Part shown: one piece after another, positions 9,119 through 18,360 of the stretch
How positions within the stretch are numbered: position 1 is the stretch's first letter
How the letters are laid out: every line of letters begins with the position of its first letter
Assembly (NCBI GenBank): GCA_020024765.1
Contig: JAHHTG010000001.1
Span: 1-49,054, forward strand
From: Thomasclavelia sp.
Lineage (GTDB): Bacteria; Bacillota_I; Bacilli_A; Erysipelotrichales; Erysipelotrichaceae
Direction of reading: 5' to 3'
Length of the DNA: 49,054 nucleotides
Program-made: the position numbers and the translations under genes
The notes under the pieces: generated by a model
Told to the model about the DNA's origin: nothing
Databases searched by the model: none
What the model saw: the letters and a program-made list of their open reading frames with translations, nothing else

Positions 9119-10567
9119 TTAATTGCGTTTAGCCTCAATTATCCATGAGGCAATTTTATTTGTCTGAAGTTTTAAGTCACGAAGACTTTCTAAACGATAT
9201 TCCCAGTTTGGCGAACCAATCGTTCCCGGAGTATTAATACGGTAATCATCATCTAAACCAATAATATCTTGACTTGATAGGACTGCAACTTCCGCAATGG
9301 AATTAAGTGCAATCTTGCAGAAAATATCGTGGACGTTACGCATGTAATAGCCCTCATTTCTAAGTTTTTCACGCAAGACTAAACGTTCATCATGATTAAA
9401 ACTTCGATACCAACCTTCAATCGTTTGGTTATCGTGAGTACCGGTATAAACGATTAAATTCTCGCGATCAATTTCATCATAATTTTTTTCTTCAGCACTA
9501 TAAATAAACTGTAAAACCTTCATGCCTAAGAAATGATAATGATCACGAAGTTCTGAGACTTCCGGTCTTAATTCGCCTAAATCTTCGGCCACGATTTTGA
9601 TATCAGGGCATTTTTTAAACAGTGTATCAAAGAACTCGTAGCCTGGCGCTTCTATCCATTCACCATCAATAGCTGTTTCACACTTAGCATCAATCTTCCA
9701 ATAAGTATCAAAGGCTCTAAAATGGTCAATACGAACGATATCATATAACTCAGAACAAAATTTTAAGCGATCAATCCAGAAACTAAAACCATCTTTTTCC
9801 ATATAATCCCAATCATAAATTGGATTGCCCCATCTTTGGCCTGTTGCACTGAAATAGTCAGGTGGTACACCGGCAACAAATGTTGGAACATATTGATCAT
9901 CTAATAAGAAATTATCTTTGTTGAATAAAACATCAGCACTATCAAGGCCAACATAGAATGGAACATCGCCCATAATCGCCAAACCTTTTTCATGAGCATA
10001 ATCCATCAATTTCTTAAATTGTTTAAAAAGAATGTATTGAATAAAAGCTTCAAAATCAATTTCTTTTTGAAGTTCTTCATCAATGATTAATGTGCCATTA
10101 ATAATATCTTCACATTCATCCCATTCACGCCATGTTTTAGCATTATAGCGAAGATTTAAAGTCGAGAATAATCCATATTCCTGAACCCATTTTTGACTCG
10201 TAAAAGCCAAAGAAGCAACTGTAGGAGTAAAGTTATGATAAGCTTCTTTTAACTTACTGCGTTTATATTCACGGGCGCCAATATAATGCACACGAGTATT
10301 ATCAAAATTAATGTCATCAACTTTTGCAATTAAACCTTCTTCATGCAAGGATACTAAATCAACATATAATTCATCAAGGGCTTTTGATGAATATGGTTGA
10401 TATGGTGAATTTCCAAAACCTAGTGGATTAAGTGGCAAGATTTGCCAAATCTTAAATCTCATTTTTGCGATAATATCGATTGTTTCATACGCCACTTCAC
10501 CAAAATCACCAACACCATATCTAGTTGGCAAAGATGAGATTGGCAATAAGATTCCTGCTTTTCTCAT
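9119..10567 (-). CDS. malQ: 4-alpha-glucanotransferase (amylomaltase)
   Basis: MRKAGILLPISSLPTRYGVGDFG..., PLNPLG, RIDHFRAF, GDVPFYV and EDLG are GH77 signatures. I prefer ATG 10567 (SD GAAGGTG) over the TTG at 10582. Confidence 0.93.
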   Translation of the reverse strand: MRKAGILLPISSLPTRYGVGDFGEVAYETIDIIAKMRFKIWQILPLNPLGFGNSPYQPYSSKALDELYVDLVSLHEEGLIAKVDDINFDNTRVHYIGAREYKRSKLKEAYHNFTPTVASLAFTSQKWVQEYGLFSTLNLRYNAKTWREWDECEDIINGTLIIDEELQKEIDFEAFIQYILFKQFKKLMDYAHEKGLAIMGDVPFYVGLDSADVLFNKDNFLLDDQYVPTFVAGVPPDYFSATGQRWGNPIYDWDYMEKDGFSFWIDRLKFCSELYDIVRIDHFRAFDTYWKIDAKCETAIDGEWIEAPGYEFFDTLFKKCPDIKIVAEDLGELRPEVSELRDHYHFLGMKVLQFIYSAEEKNYDEIDRENLIVYTGTHDNQTIEGWYRSFNHDERLVLREKLRNEGYYMRNVHDIFCKIALNSIAEVAVLSSQDIIGLDDDYRINTPGTIGSPNWEYRLESLRDLKLQTNKIASWIIEAKRN

Positions 10568-10655
10568 ATTATTCACCTTCAATTTTCTTAACTATATGAC
10601 TATTCTAACACACATCAGGGTAATGGCTAAGTTAGTTAGAAAGTTTAAGTCGATA

Positions 10656-10691
10656 TAAAAAGGTTATTCTTAATAAATTTAAGAATAACCT
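10656..10691 (-). terminator. Rho-independent terminator after glpK
   Basis: AGGTTATTCTTAA-n5-TTAAGAATAACCT, a 13-bp stem followed by TTTT on the minus strand. Confidence 0.8.
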
Positions 10692-10702
10692 CAAATAAAT
10701 AT

Positions 10703-12178
10703 TTAGAATGAAATGCAACTATCAACAGCATGTTGCCATCTTGCATATAATGTTTCAGCTTCTTTAGACGAAATTGTTGGCTCAAATTTCGTACTCTTGC
10801 CGACTTTAAAATCTTCTTTTTGGTAAATACCACACGCAAGGCCAGCAAGCCGAGCTGCACCCAAAGCTGTGGCTTCATTGGATTCTCCACGTACAACTGG
10901 AATACCTAAGATATCACTTTGGAAAGCTAATAAGAAATCGTTGGCACTTGCACCACCATCAACTTTTAGCTCATTAATCTTAAGTGATGAATCTTGTTCC
11001 ATGATATCAAGCAAATCTTTACTTTGATAAGCCATTGCTTCTAGAGAAGCTCTTACAATATGACGATAATCACAGCCTCGCGTTAAACCGAAGATTGAGC
11101 CCTTACAATTCTTATTCCAATAAGGAGCACCAATTCCGGTAAAAGCCGGAACAATAATAACGCCCTCACTCGATTCCACAGATTTAGCGATTTCTTCTGT
11201 CTCACTGGCTTTTTTTATAATCCCTAGTCCATCTCTCAACCATTGAATTAAACTGCCAGAAACGAAAATACTGCCTTCTAGTGCGTAATTGACTTGGCCA
11301 TTAATGCGCCATGCAACAGTTGATAATAAGCCATGGTTGGAATTAACAATATCTTTACCGGTGTTCATCAATAAGAAACCGCCAGTGCCATAAGTATTCT
11401 TAACATCGCCTTTTTCAAAACATGACTGACCAAATAAAGCCGCTTGTTGGTCACCACAAATAGCGTTAATTGTACAGCCACCCTCATAATTAAAGAAATG
11501 GTGTGGTTTAACATGAGCAATGTCACCAGCGGTATCAACAACTTTTGGCAAAATACGACGTGGGATATTAAATAATTCCAATAGTTCATCATCCCAATCA
11601 AGTGTATGAATATTAAACAGCATGGTTCTTGAAGCGTTAGTTACATCAGTGACATGAGCTTTACCACCACTTAATTTCCAAACTAGCCATGTATCAATTG
11701 TCCCAAATAAAATGTTAGGGTTATCTTTAACACCCGGTACTTCTTCAAAAATCCAATTAATTTTAGATGCACTAAAATATGGATCGAGAACTAATCCAGT
11801 CTTTTCACGAACGATTGGTTCATAACCTAATTTGCGATATCTATCGATAATATCGCTTGTTTGACGTGATTGCCAAACAATCGCTTTTGTAACAGGCAAA
11901 CCGGTTTCTTTATCCCAAATAACAGTTGTTTCTCTTTGGTTTGTGATTCCAATGGATTTAATTTGGCTAGGACTAATACCAGCAACTTGTACCACTTCCG
12001 CCATAACTACTAAAGTTGATAACCAAATTTCATTGGCATCTTCTAAAACCCAACCTGGATGAAGATAAAATTGTTTAATTTCTCTTTGGGCCATTTGTAC
12101 AACATTTTGATTTTTATCGAACAATAAAGCACGAGTACTTGTTGTACCTTGGTCAATAGCTAAAATATATTTTTCCAT
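10703..12178 (-). CDS. glpK: Glycerol kinase
   Basis: MEKYILAIDQGTTSTRALLFD..., GITNQRETTVIWD and DGGASAN are FGGY-kinase/GlpK signatures. The PHHFF loop resembles the HPr-phosphorylated loop of Firmicutes GlpK. Confidence 0.96.
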   Translation of the reverse strand: MEKYILAIDQGTTSTRALLFDKNQNVVQMAQREIKQFYLHPGWVLEDANEIWLSTLVVMAEVVQVAGISPSQIKSIGITNQRETTVIWDKETGLPVTKAIVWQSRQTSDIIDRYRKLGYEPIVREKTGLVLDPYFSASKINWIFEEVPGVKDNPNILFGTIDTWLVWKLSGGKAHVTDVTNASRTMLFNIHTLDWDDELLELFNIPRRILPKVVDTAGDIAHVKPHHFFNYEGGCTINAICGDQQAALFGQSCFEKGDVKNTYGTGGFLLMNTGKDIVNSNHGLLSTVAWRINGQVNYALEGSIFVSGSLIQWLRDGLGIIKKASETEEIAKSVESSEGVIIVPAFTGIGAPYWNKNCKGSIFGLTRGCDYRHIVRASLEAMAYQSKDLLDIMEQDSSLKINELKVDGGASANDFLLAFQSDILGIPVVRGESNEATALGAARLAGLACGIYQKEDFKVGKSTKFEPTISSKEAETLYARWQHAVDSCISF

Positions 12179-12183
12179 GATTA

Positions 12184-14760
12184 TTACTCCTCATCATCAA
12201 GATATTTACTAATTTCAGCTAGAGGCTGATTTGAAATTTTAATTTGTTTAGATTGGTAATCTTTCGCATTATTTTGGAAAGCACGAACCATTTCTAAGTA
12301 GAAGGTATGGGAAACTAACCGACGCGCACCTTTTGAGAACGTTACGATTTGTTCTAGATAATCAGAAGTCACAACACTCACGCGATAATTTTTAGCGTAT
12401 TCGTTTAAATGACCTTCGATATAGGCGTCAGCTGTTTCGTTTTCTTTAGTAAAGACAATTTCAATATTGTCATACTTGTGCTTTGATACAGCTCTCCCTT
12501 TAACTTTATAGGCATCAAAAACGACAATGGCTTTAAAATGTTTATAGGCGCTAAAGTTTGCAACCAAATCAAGTAATCGCATTCTTGCTAAAGCCAAATC
12601 TTCACTCGCCAATTTCTTAAATTCATTATCAGAATAAATGACGTTATAAGCATCAATTAAATATAACTCAGGCAAGCCACTCTTGATGGTTACTGTTGCA
12701 TTATTCGAGATATCAACCTTAGGTTTAATGGCTGGAATATACTCTTTATTCTTTTTAGTTGGACAGGCTTTTTCGAAAACTCGACGAACTTCTTCGTCAT
12801 CAATAGTGTATTTGCGATGAGCTTCAACTTTTTCTGGTTTCTTAATTGTTAAATCAAGTGGTTCAATGTGAGCATAGTGTTTAACTTCGTAATATGGCAC
12901 ATAATAACCAGCGCCATGGATGCAGAACACAGAACCTGTCGGATGTTCGAGATCTTGTTCAGAATCATAGTTGATATTCATTAAGATTTCTTCTTGATTA
13001 ATAGCTACTTGATAATTTTTAAAACTTAAAGTTAAGCGACCTAAACCACGACTATAGTTATTCACTTCTTTTTGGTATTGTTGAATATAACGTGCTGGAG
13101 CTTCACCAGTCAAAACGGCATAATCTTCATTGCTGGTCGGATCATTGTAAGTGCCGTTCATTTGTTCGACATCATAAATAGCTTTACTTAATAAATTGTT
13201 TGGCAACTCTAATCTAAATTCATAATATGGTTCAAGAATAATTCCTTGGGCTTCTTTTAACCCTTGACGAATAGCGCGATTTAAAGCTTCCTTGAAGTCA
13301 CCACCTACAGTATGTTTTAAGTGACCTTTCCCTGCAATTAAAGTAATACGAATATCTGTGACTTTTGAACCGGTTAATGTTCCGACAATGTCGTCACTGT
13401 TAAAGGCATTCACAATTGCGGCTTGAAATGGTTTTGATAGTAAATGTTCAGGCACAATGTTCTTAAATTCAATACCACTGCCAGGCGCTAATGGTTCAAT
13501 CAATACATGGACTTCTGCATAATGTCTTAAAGGTTCGTAGTGGCCAACACCCACAACTGGACTTGCAATTGTTTCTTCAAATTCAACATGGCCTTCACCA
13601 AATTCAACTTCAAGGTGATATTGTTCAAAAAGACGTCGTTTTAAAACTTCGACTTCAATTTCACCCATTAAAGATAAATTAACAGTTCTTTGGCCTTTAA
13701 TATATTGAATACCTAGCCCCGGATCTTCTTCTTGTAATTCACTCAAGCATTTATCAACCACATTCAAATCTTCGTTATCATTAAAAGTCATTTGATAACG
13801 CATAAATGGTTGAAGTTTTAGATGGTTATCACCTTCATTTAATGGTAATTCTTCACCTGCCATAATCGTTTTTAAACCTTTAATAGCACCAACTTCACCC
13901 GCTGTTAAAATTTGCGTTGTTTCGTATTTGTTACCCGAATATAAACGAATTTGATCGACCTTTTCATGTTCTTTAAGTTCGGTTTTTACTCTTAAATGTC
14001 CACTTAAAACTTTTAGATGGACTAAACGAATACCTTCCTCATGACTAACCTTAAAAGTTCTTGCCTTAAATTCATCATTATGAATAATTTCGTGAGTATA
14101 AACATTGATAAGATTCAACAATTTATCAATACCTTGATTCTTTAAAGCTGAACCAAAAAGACACGGATACATCTTCATCTCATTAAATAATTCTTTGATG
14201 TTTTCATCTAAAACCTCGCCAGTTTCGAGATATTGTTCAAGAAGATTTTCTGAACATAATGCAATATTTTCATAAAGTTTATCATCATGATCACTAAAAT
14301 CAACAACGTGCTCCGATAAATTATCTTGAAGATCTTTTAGAATTTGACCTTTACTTAAATAACTAATATCCATCTTATTGGCAAAGATAAAAGTTGGAAC
14401 ATGATAATGATTTAAGAGCTTCCAAACAGTCTTCGTGTGGCTTTCGACACCTTTAGTACCATTAATAACTAAAATAGCATAATCTAAAATTGATAGGGAT
14501 CTTTCCATCTCTAAAGAAAAGTCGATATGTCCAGGTGTATCAATCAAAGTAATATTTGTATTTTCATAATCAAAAATTGCTTGCTTAGAAAAAATCGTAA
14601 TCCCACGATCACGTTCTTGATTATCAAAATCAAGGAAAGCCGTTTTATGATCAACTCGTCCCAACTTCTTTAAGTGACCCGCTTGATACATCAAACTTTC
14701 TGCAAGTGTAGTTTTGCCAGCATCGACATGTGCCAATAAACCAACGACAATGTTCTTCAT
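12184..14760 (-). CDS. Fusion protein: EF-G/TetM-family translational GTPase (N-terminal ~640 aa) plus YacP/Rae1-type NYN ribonuclease domain (C-terminal ~163 aa)
   Basis: Uninterrupted 858 codons from ATG 14760. G1 AHVDAGKTT, G2 RGITI, G3 DTPGH, G4 NKMD. EF-G domain IV/V-like sequence follows (GSKVTDIRITL..., ILEPYYEF). After a K/E-rich linker come LYLIDAYN, VVFDAY, ETADAYIE and VVTSDYLEQ, the YacP NYN motif series. The track start at 14838 adds 26 implausible residues that overlap the divergent gene. Confidence 0.85.
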   Translation of the reverse strand: MKNIVVGLLAHVDAGKTTLAESLMYQAGHLKKLGRVDHKTAFLDFDNQERDRGITIFSKQAIFDYENTNITLIDTPGHIDFSLEMERSLSILDYAILVINGTKGVESHTKTVWKLLNHYHVPTFIFANKMDISYLSKGQILKDLQDNLSEHVVDFSDHDDKLYENIALCSENLLEQYLETGEVLDENIKELFNEMKMYPCLFGSALKNQGIDKLLNLINVYTHEIIHNDEFKARTFKVSHEEGIRLVHLKVLSGHLRVKTELKEHEKVDQIRLYSGNKYETTQILTAGEVGAIKGLKTIMAGEELPLNEGDNHLKLQPFMRYQMTFNDNEDLNVVDKCLSELQEEDPGLGIQYIKGQRTVNLSLMGEIEVEVLKRRLFEQYHLEVEFGEGHVEFEETIASPVVGVGHYEPLRHYAEVHVLIEPLAPGSGIEFKNIVPEHLLSKPFQAAIVNAFNSDDIVGTLTGSKVTDIRITLIAGKGHLKHTVGGDFKEALNRAIRQGLKEAQGIILEPYYEFRLELPNNLLSKAIYDVEQMNGTYNDPTSNEDYAVLTGEAPARYIQQYQKEVNNYSRGLGRLTLSFKNYQVAINQEEILMNINYDSEQDLEHPTGSVFCIHGAGYYVPYYEVKHYAHIEPLDLTIKKPEKVEAHRKYTIDDEEVRRVFEKACPTKKNKEYIPAIKPKVDISNNATVTIKSGLPELYLIDAYNVIYSDNEFKKLASEDLALARMRLLDLVANFSAYKHFKAIVVFDAYKVKGRAVSKHKYDNIEIVFTKENETADAYIEGHLNEYAKNYRVSVVTSDYLEQIVTFSKGARRLVSHTFYLEMVRAFQNNAKDYQSKQIKISNQPLAEISKYLDDEE
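12187..12675 (-). other. NYN (YacP/Rae1-like) nuclease domain portion of the fusion ORF
   Basis: LPELYLIDAYNVIYSD...AIVVFDAYKVKG...FTKENETADAYIE...VSVVTSDYLEQIV. The acidic residues expected of PIN/NYN metal sites are all present. Confidence 0.75.
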
Positions 14761-14826
14761 AAGTATAATTATAAACGAATAAATGACTTTATGATAGAAT
14801 GGATACAACGAAAATAGGAGGAACTT

Positions 14827-16050
14827 ATGAATCCACAAGTTTATACAAATTATGCCAAGTTAGTCATCAAATATGGCATTAACTTACAAAAAGGCCAAGA
14901 TGTTGTCATCTATTCTTCAACACGTGCAGTAGAATTTGCAAAATACATTCTTGAAGAAGCTTATTTAGCCGGTGCAAGACACGTTCGTGTTGAATTAAAT
15001 GATGAAAAGATTGACTACTTAACTTACAAATACTGCGATGAAAAGGTACTGGGTGAAGTTTTACCTTATCAAGAAGCAAAAGCAAAACACGATGCTGAAA
15101 CATTGCCTTGTAAAATCTATATCGAAGATGAAGACCCAGATGTCTTTGCAGGTTTAGATGCTAATAAGATTTCAAACGTCCGTAGCATGCGCTACAAAGT
15201 CATTAAAAAATATCGTGATATGGAAGACAATAATGATCAATGGATTATTGTAGCCATCCCTTCACCATCTTGGGCTATGAAAGTTTTCCCAGGACTTAGC
15301 GAAGAAGAAGCTATTGCTAAAATGTGGGAAGCAATTATCCATACAGCACGTCTAGAAGGTGATGCTCTAGCAAACTGGGATAAACACGTTAAATATCTAA
15401 ATGAAAAAGCACAAAAGATGAACGCTCTTAACCTTGATTATCTACACTATACTTCTAGTAACGGTACTGATTTAAAACTTCATTTACAACCAAATCATGA
15501 GTGGATTTCGGCTCGTGAAACAAATCTTAAAGGTGTAAGTTTCATTGCGAACATGCCAACAGAAGAAGTTTTCACAATGCCTAAACGTGATGGAGTTGAT
15601 GGGGTTGTTTACTCAACTAAACCATTATCGCTAAATGGCCATGTCATCGAAGATTTCAAAGTGACATTTGAAAAAGGAAAATGTGTTGATGTGCAAGCAC
15701 GTGTTGGCCAAGAAACTTTAGAAGCTATGTTAAATATGGACGAATCTTCACGTCATTTAGGTGAAGTTGCATTGGTTCCATACAATTCACCGATTAACGA
15801 AACAGGCTTATTATTCTACAACACGCTTTACGATGAAAATGCTGCTTGTCACTTAGCATTTGGTCAAGCTTTCAAAAACGACATCCGTGGTTATGAAAAT
15901 ATGACTGATGAAGATTTTGAAAAAGTTGGTTTCAATAATTCTCTTAATCACGTTGACTTTATGGTAGGTTCAAAAGACTTAAATATCGTTGGTTATGATT
16001 TTGAAGGAAAAGCACATCAAATCTTCAAAGATGGTAATTGGGCTATCTAA
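14827..16050 (+). CDS. M29 family aminopeptidase (AmpS/PepS type)
   Basis: 407 aa. YAKLVIKYGINLQKGQDV..., EEVFTMP and HLAFGQAF are typical of thermophilic-metalloprotease M29. SD AGGAGG upstream. Confidence 0.88.
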   Translation: MNPQVYTNYAKLVIKYGINLQKGQDVVIYSSTRAVEFAKYILEEAYLAGARHVRVELNDEKIDYLTYKYCDEKVLGEVLPYQEAKAKHDAETLPCKIYIEDEDPDVFAGLDANKISNVRSMRYKVIKKYRDMEDNNDQWIIVAIPSPSWAMKVFPGLSEEEAIAKMWEAIIHTARLEGDALANWDKHVKYLNEKAQKMNALNLDYLHYTSSNGTDLKLHLQPNHEWISARETNLKGVSFIANMPTEEVFTMPKRDGVDGVVYSTKPLSLNGHVIEDFKVTFEKGKCVDVQARVGQETLEAMLNMDESSRHLGEVALVPYNSPINETGLLFYNTLYDENAACHLAFGQAFKNDIRGYENMTDEDFEKVGFNNSLNHVDFMVGSKDLNIVGYDFEGKAHQIFKDGNWAI

Positions 16051-16074
16051 TTTATTAAATAAATACGAGATAAT

Positions 16075-16108
16075 AAAACGTCATTCATGTGAATGACGTT
16101 TTATTTTA
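16075..16108. terminator. Bidirectional terminator between convergent genes
   Basis: AAAACGTCATTCA-TG-TGAATGACGTTTT, a 13-bp stem flanked by A and T runs. Confidence 0.85.
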
Positions 16109-16110
16109 GA

Positions 16111-16893
16111 TTAGTGATGATGTGTTAAAGAAATAATGATAAATCCTAACATAAAACCTAAAATTTGATAAATAACTGGATGGCGAGTTTTATTCATTAA
16201 ACTAACTTGTGGTAACACTTCATAGTAAACAACATATAACATACAACCAGCAGCCAGTGCTAAGGTAAAGCCAATGACTGTCATGCCAATTGAACCAACC
16301 AAGGCACCAACAATGCCGCCAATTAATGTTGAAATACCACTTAAAGCAACCAAGAATAATGAACGGCCTTTTGAAACGCCACCGCTTCTTAAAGGGACAA
16401 TCATCCCCATACCTTCTGGCAAATTATGAAGTGCTAATAAGAAAGCCATCATTAAGCCAGTGTTTAAATCATAAATAGCACTAGAACCGATTGCCATACC
16501 CTCTGGGAAGTTATGCAGTGCAACCGAGAAAATCATCATAGCACCAAGTTCAACCCATTTATGAGAATCGGCTTTCTCAATTGCTAAATGATGGTGGTGC
16601 AAATCATCAATCTCAGCTCCTTCATCTTCGTGATGATGATGAAACTTGCCATCAAATATAATTAGTAGGAAGAAACCGAGCAAAACACCGAAGATTGTAA
16701 TCAACAAACCCGAATGATGTAAAGCGTGTGGCATTAAATCAAAGCACACCATTGCAATCATCATACCGGCTGAAAAAGATAATAGTAAACTAAATGATTT
16801 AGTTGACTTTGGATCAAATTTTAAGCCGACAATACCACCAAGCAACGTCCCAAGCACGCCAGCTGTAAAAGTTAAAATAACTGCATTAAGCAT
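16111..16893 (-). CDS. ZIP family divalent metal (zinc) transporter
   Basis: 260 aa. Duplicated HNFPEGMA / HNLPEGMG motifs, and a His-rich cytoplasmic loop HHHHEDEGAEIDDLHHHH. Confidence 0.9.
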   Translation of the reverse strand: MLNAVILTFTAGVLGTLLGGIVGLKFDPKSTKSFSLLLSFSAGMMIAMVCFDLMPHALHHSGLLITIFGVLLGFFLLIIFDGKFHHHHEDEGAEIDDLHHHHLAIEKADSHKWVELGAMMIFSVALHNFPEGMAIGSSAIYDLNTGLMMAFLLALHNLPEGMGMIVPLRSGGVSKGRSLFLVALSGISTLIGGIVGALVGSIGMTVIGFTLALAAGCMLYVVYYEVLPQVSLMNKTRHPVIYQILGFMLGFIIISLTHHH

Positions 16894-16947
16894 TTTAATA
16901 CACTCCTTTCTTAAGGCAACAATATAATTGTATCAAAGCTGTCAAGC

Positions 16948-16979
16948 CCCAAAAGAAATGCTACAGCATGTGTAGCATT
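16948..16979 (-). terminator. Rho-independent terminator after the NSS transporter gene
   Basis: AATGCTACA-n5-TGTAGCATT followed by TCTTTTG on the minus strand. Confidence 0.7.
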
Positions 16980-16983
16980 ATAA

Positions 16984-18339
16984 TTAAATAATTCCAATAA
17001 GGAAAACACCAAAGATAATAATTGGTAAGACATACTTAAAGTATGGTTTCATCCAACGTTGAATCTTAGGTCCTTTGCCTGCATTAGCTTCATTTAAGAA
17101 ATTTTCAAAGCCCCAACCATAACGGCTCATAATAAAAACGACAAACGTCAATGAGCCAAGTGGCAAGATTAAATTTGACACCAAGAAGTCTTCAAAATCC
17201 AAAATATTCTTACCAGGACCAAGCGGGCTAACACCACTCAAGACATTAAAACCAAGGACGCATGGTAAAGATAATAAGAAAATGATAACGCAGTTGTATA
17301 GACATGCTTTCTTACGTGACACTTTAAATAAATCAATAGTGCAAGCAATAATGCATTCAAATACAGCTAAAACAGTTGAAACAGCTGCAAAAGTCATAAA
17401 CAAGAAGAATAATGCACCCCATAATCGTCCAAATGATAAGTGATTAAAGATATTTGGCAAAGTTACAAAGATTAACTTTGGACCACTTGTAACACTCACA
17501 CCATACGCAAAACAAGCTGGGAAAATAATTAACCCCGAAGTAAACGCAACAAATGTATCTAAAACCGCAACATTAATTGACTCACCTAGCAAAGCACGAT
17601 CGCGGTTAATATAGCTACCAAAGATAGCCATTGATCCCATACCAATCGATAATGTAAAGAAAGATTGATTCATAGCTGCGACCATTACATTCAACAATCC
17701 GACTTCTTTAACACGTTCAATATTTGGTAAAAGATAGAATTCAAGTCCAGCTCGACCGCCTTCTAAAAAGAAACTATTTATTGCCAAGGCAATCATAATT
17801 ACCAGTAAACTAATCATCATGACTTTTGTGACCTTTTCAATGCCATTCTTCAAACCACGCGAGCAGACAAAGAAACCAAAGACTACAATAATGCCCATGT
17901 AAAAAGTCATTTCCCAAGGATTAGCCAACATACGATCAAAACTCGCTTCAACGCCTGCAGGATCTAGCCCAACATAATCGCCTCTCATCATACCGATAAA
18001 GTATGAGAACATCCATCCAGCAACAGTTGTATAGAACATCATTAATAAGTAGTTACCAACCATTGACACATAACCATGAATATGCCACTTTGAACCTTTT
18101 GGTTCAATTTCTTGATAAAGACGTACTGGGCTTTTCTTGGCAGCACGGCCCAAAGAAAATTCCATTGTCATAACCGGAATACCAAGCACAAGTAAGAAGA
18201 AGATATAAATTAAAACGAAAATAGCTCCGCCGTTTTCCCCAACGATGTAAGGAAACTTCCATACATTACCAATGCCAATCGCACAACCGGCGCTCAATAG
18301 AATAAAGCCAAGACGGCTTGATAGATTTTCACGTTCCAT
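16984..18339 (-). CDS. Sodium-dependent transporter, neurotransmitter:sodium symporter (NSS/SNF) family
   Basis: 451 aa. The N-terminus RLGFILLSAGCAIGIGNVWKFPY is the NSS signature. About 11-12 TM helices. Confidence 0.92.
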   Translation of the reverse strand: MERENLSSRLGFILLSAGCAIGIGNVWKFPYIVGENGGAIFVLIYIFFLLVLGIPVMTMEFSLGRAAKKSPVRLYQEIEPKGSKWHIHGYVSMVGNYLLMMFYTTVAGWMFSYFIGMMRGDYVGLDPAGVEASFDRMLANPWEMTFYMGIIVVFGFFVCSRGLKNGIEKVTKVMMISLLVIMIALAINSFFLEGGRAGLEFYLLPNIERVKEVGLLNVMVAAMNQSFFTLSIGMGSMAIFGSYINRDRALLGESINVAVLDTFVAFTSGLIIFPACFAYGVSVTSGPKLIFVTLPNIFNHLSFGRLWGALFFLFMTFAAVSTVLAVFECIIACTIDLFKVSRKKACLYNCVIIFLLSLPCVLGFNVLSGVSPLGPGKNILDFEDFLVSNLILPLGSLTFVVFIMSRYGWGFENFLNEANAGKGPKIQRWMKPYFKYVLPIIIFGVFLIGII

Positions 18340-18360
18340 ATTTTATCCTCTTCTAACATT

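Noticed and set aside
12184-14760. Calling the GTPase a tetracycline ribosomal-protection protein (tetM/tetO)
   Set aside because: Only the family-level similarity is clear. The domain IV loop differs from the TetM YSPVS-type loop, the gene has no mobile-element context, and it carries an extra nuclease domain. A resistance call would be unsupported.
14761-14838. N-terminal 26-codon extension of the GTPase-NYN ORF (MWIHKFLLFSLYPFYHKVIYSFIIIL)
   Set aside because: It would overlap the divergent aminopeptidase start and its SD. It has no SD of its own, and it would place the G1 motif unusually far from the N-terminus. ATG 14760 gives the canonical MKNIVVGLLAHVDAGKTT start.
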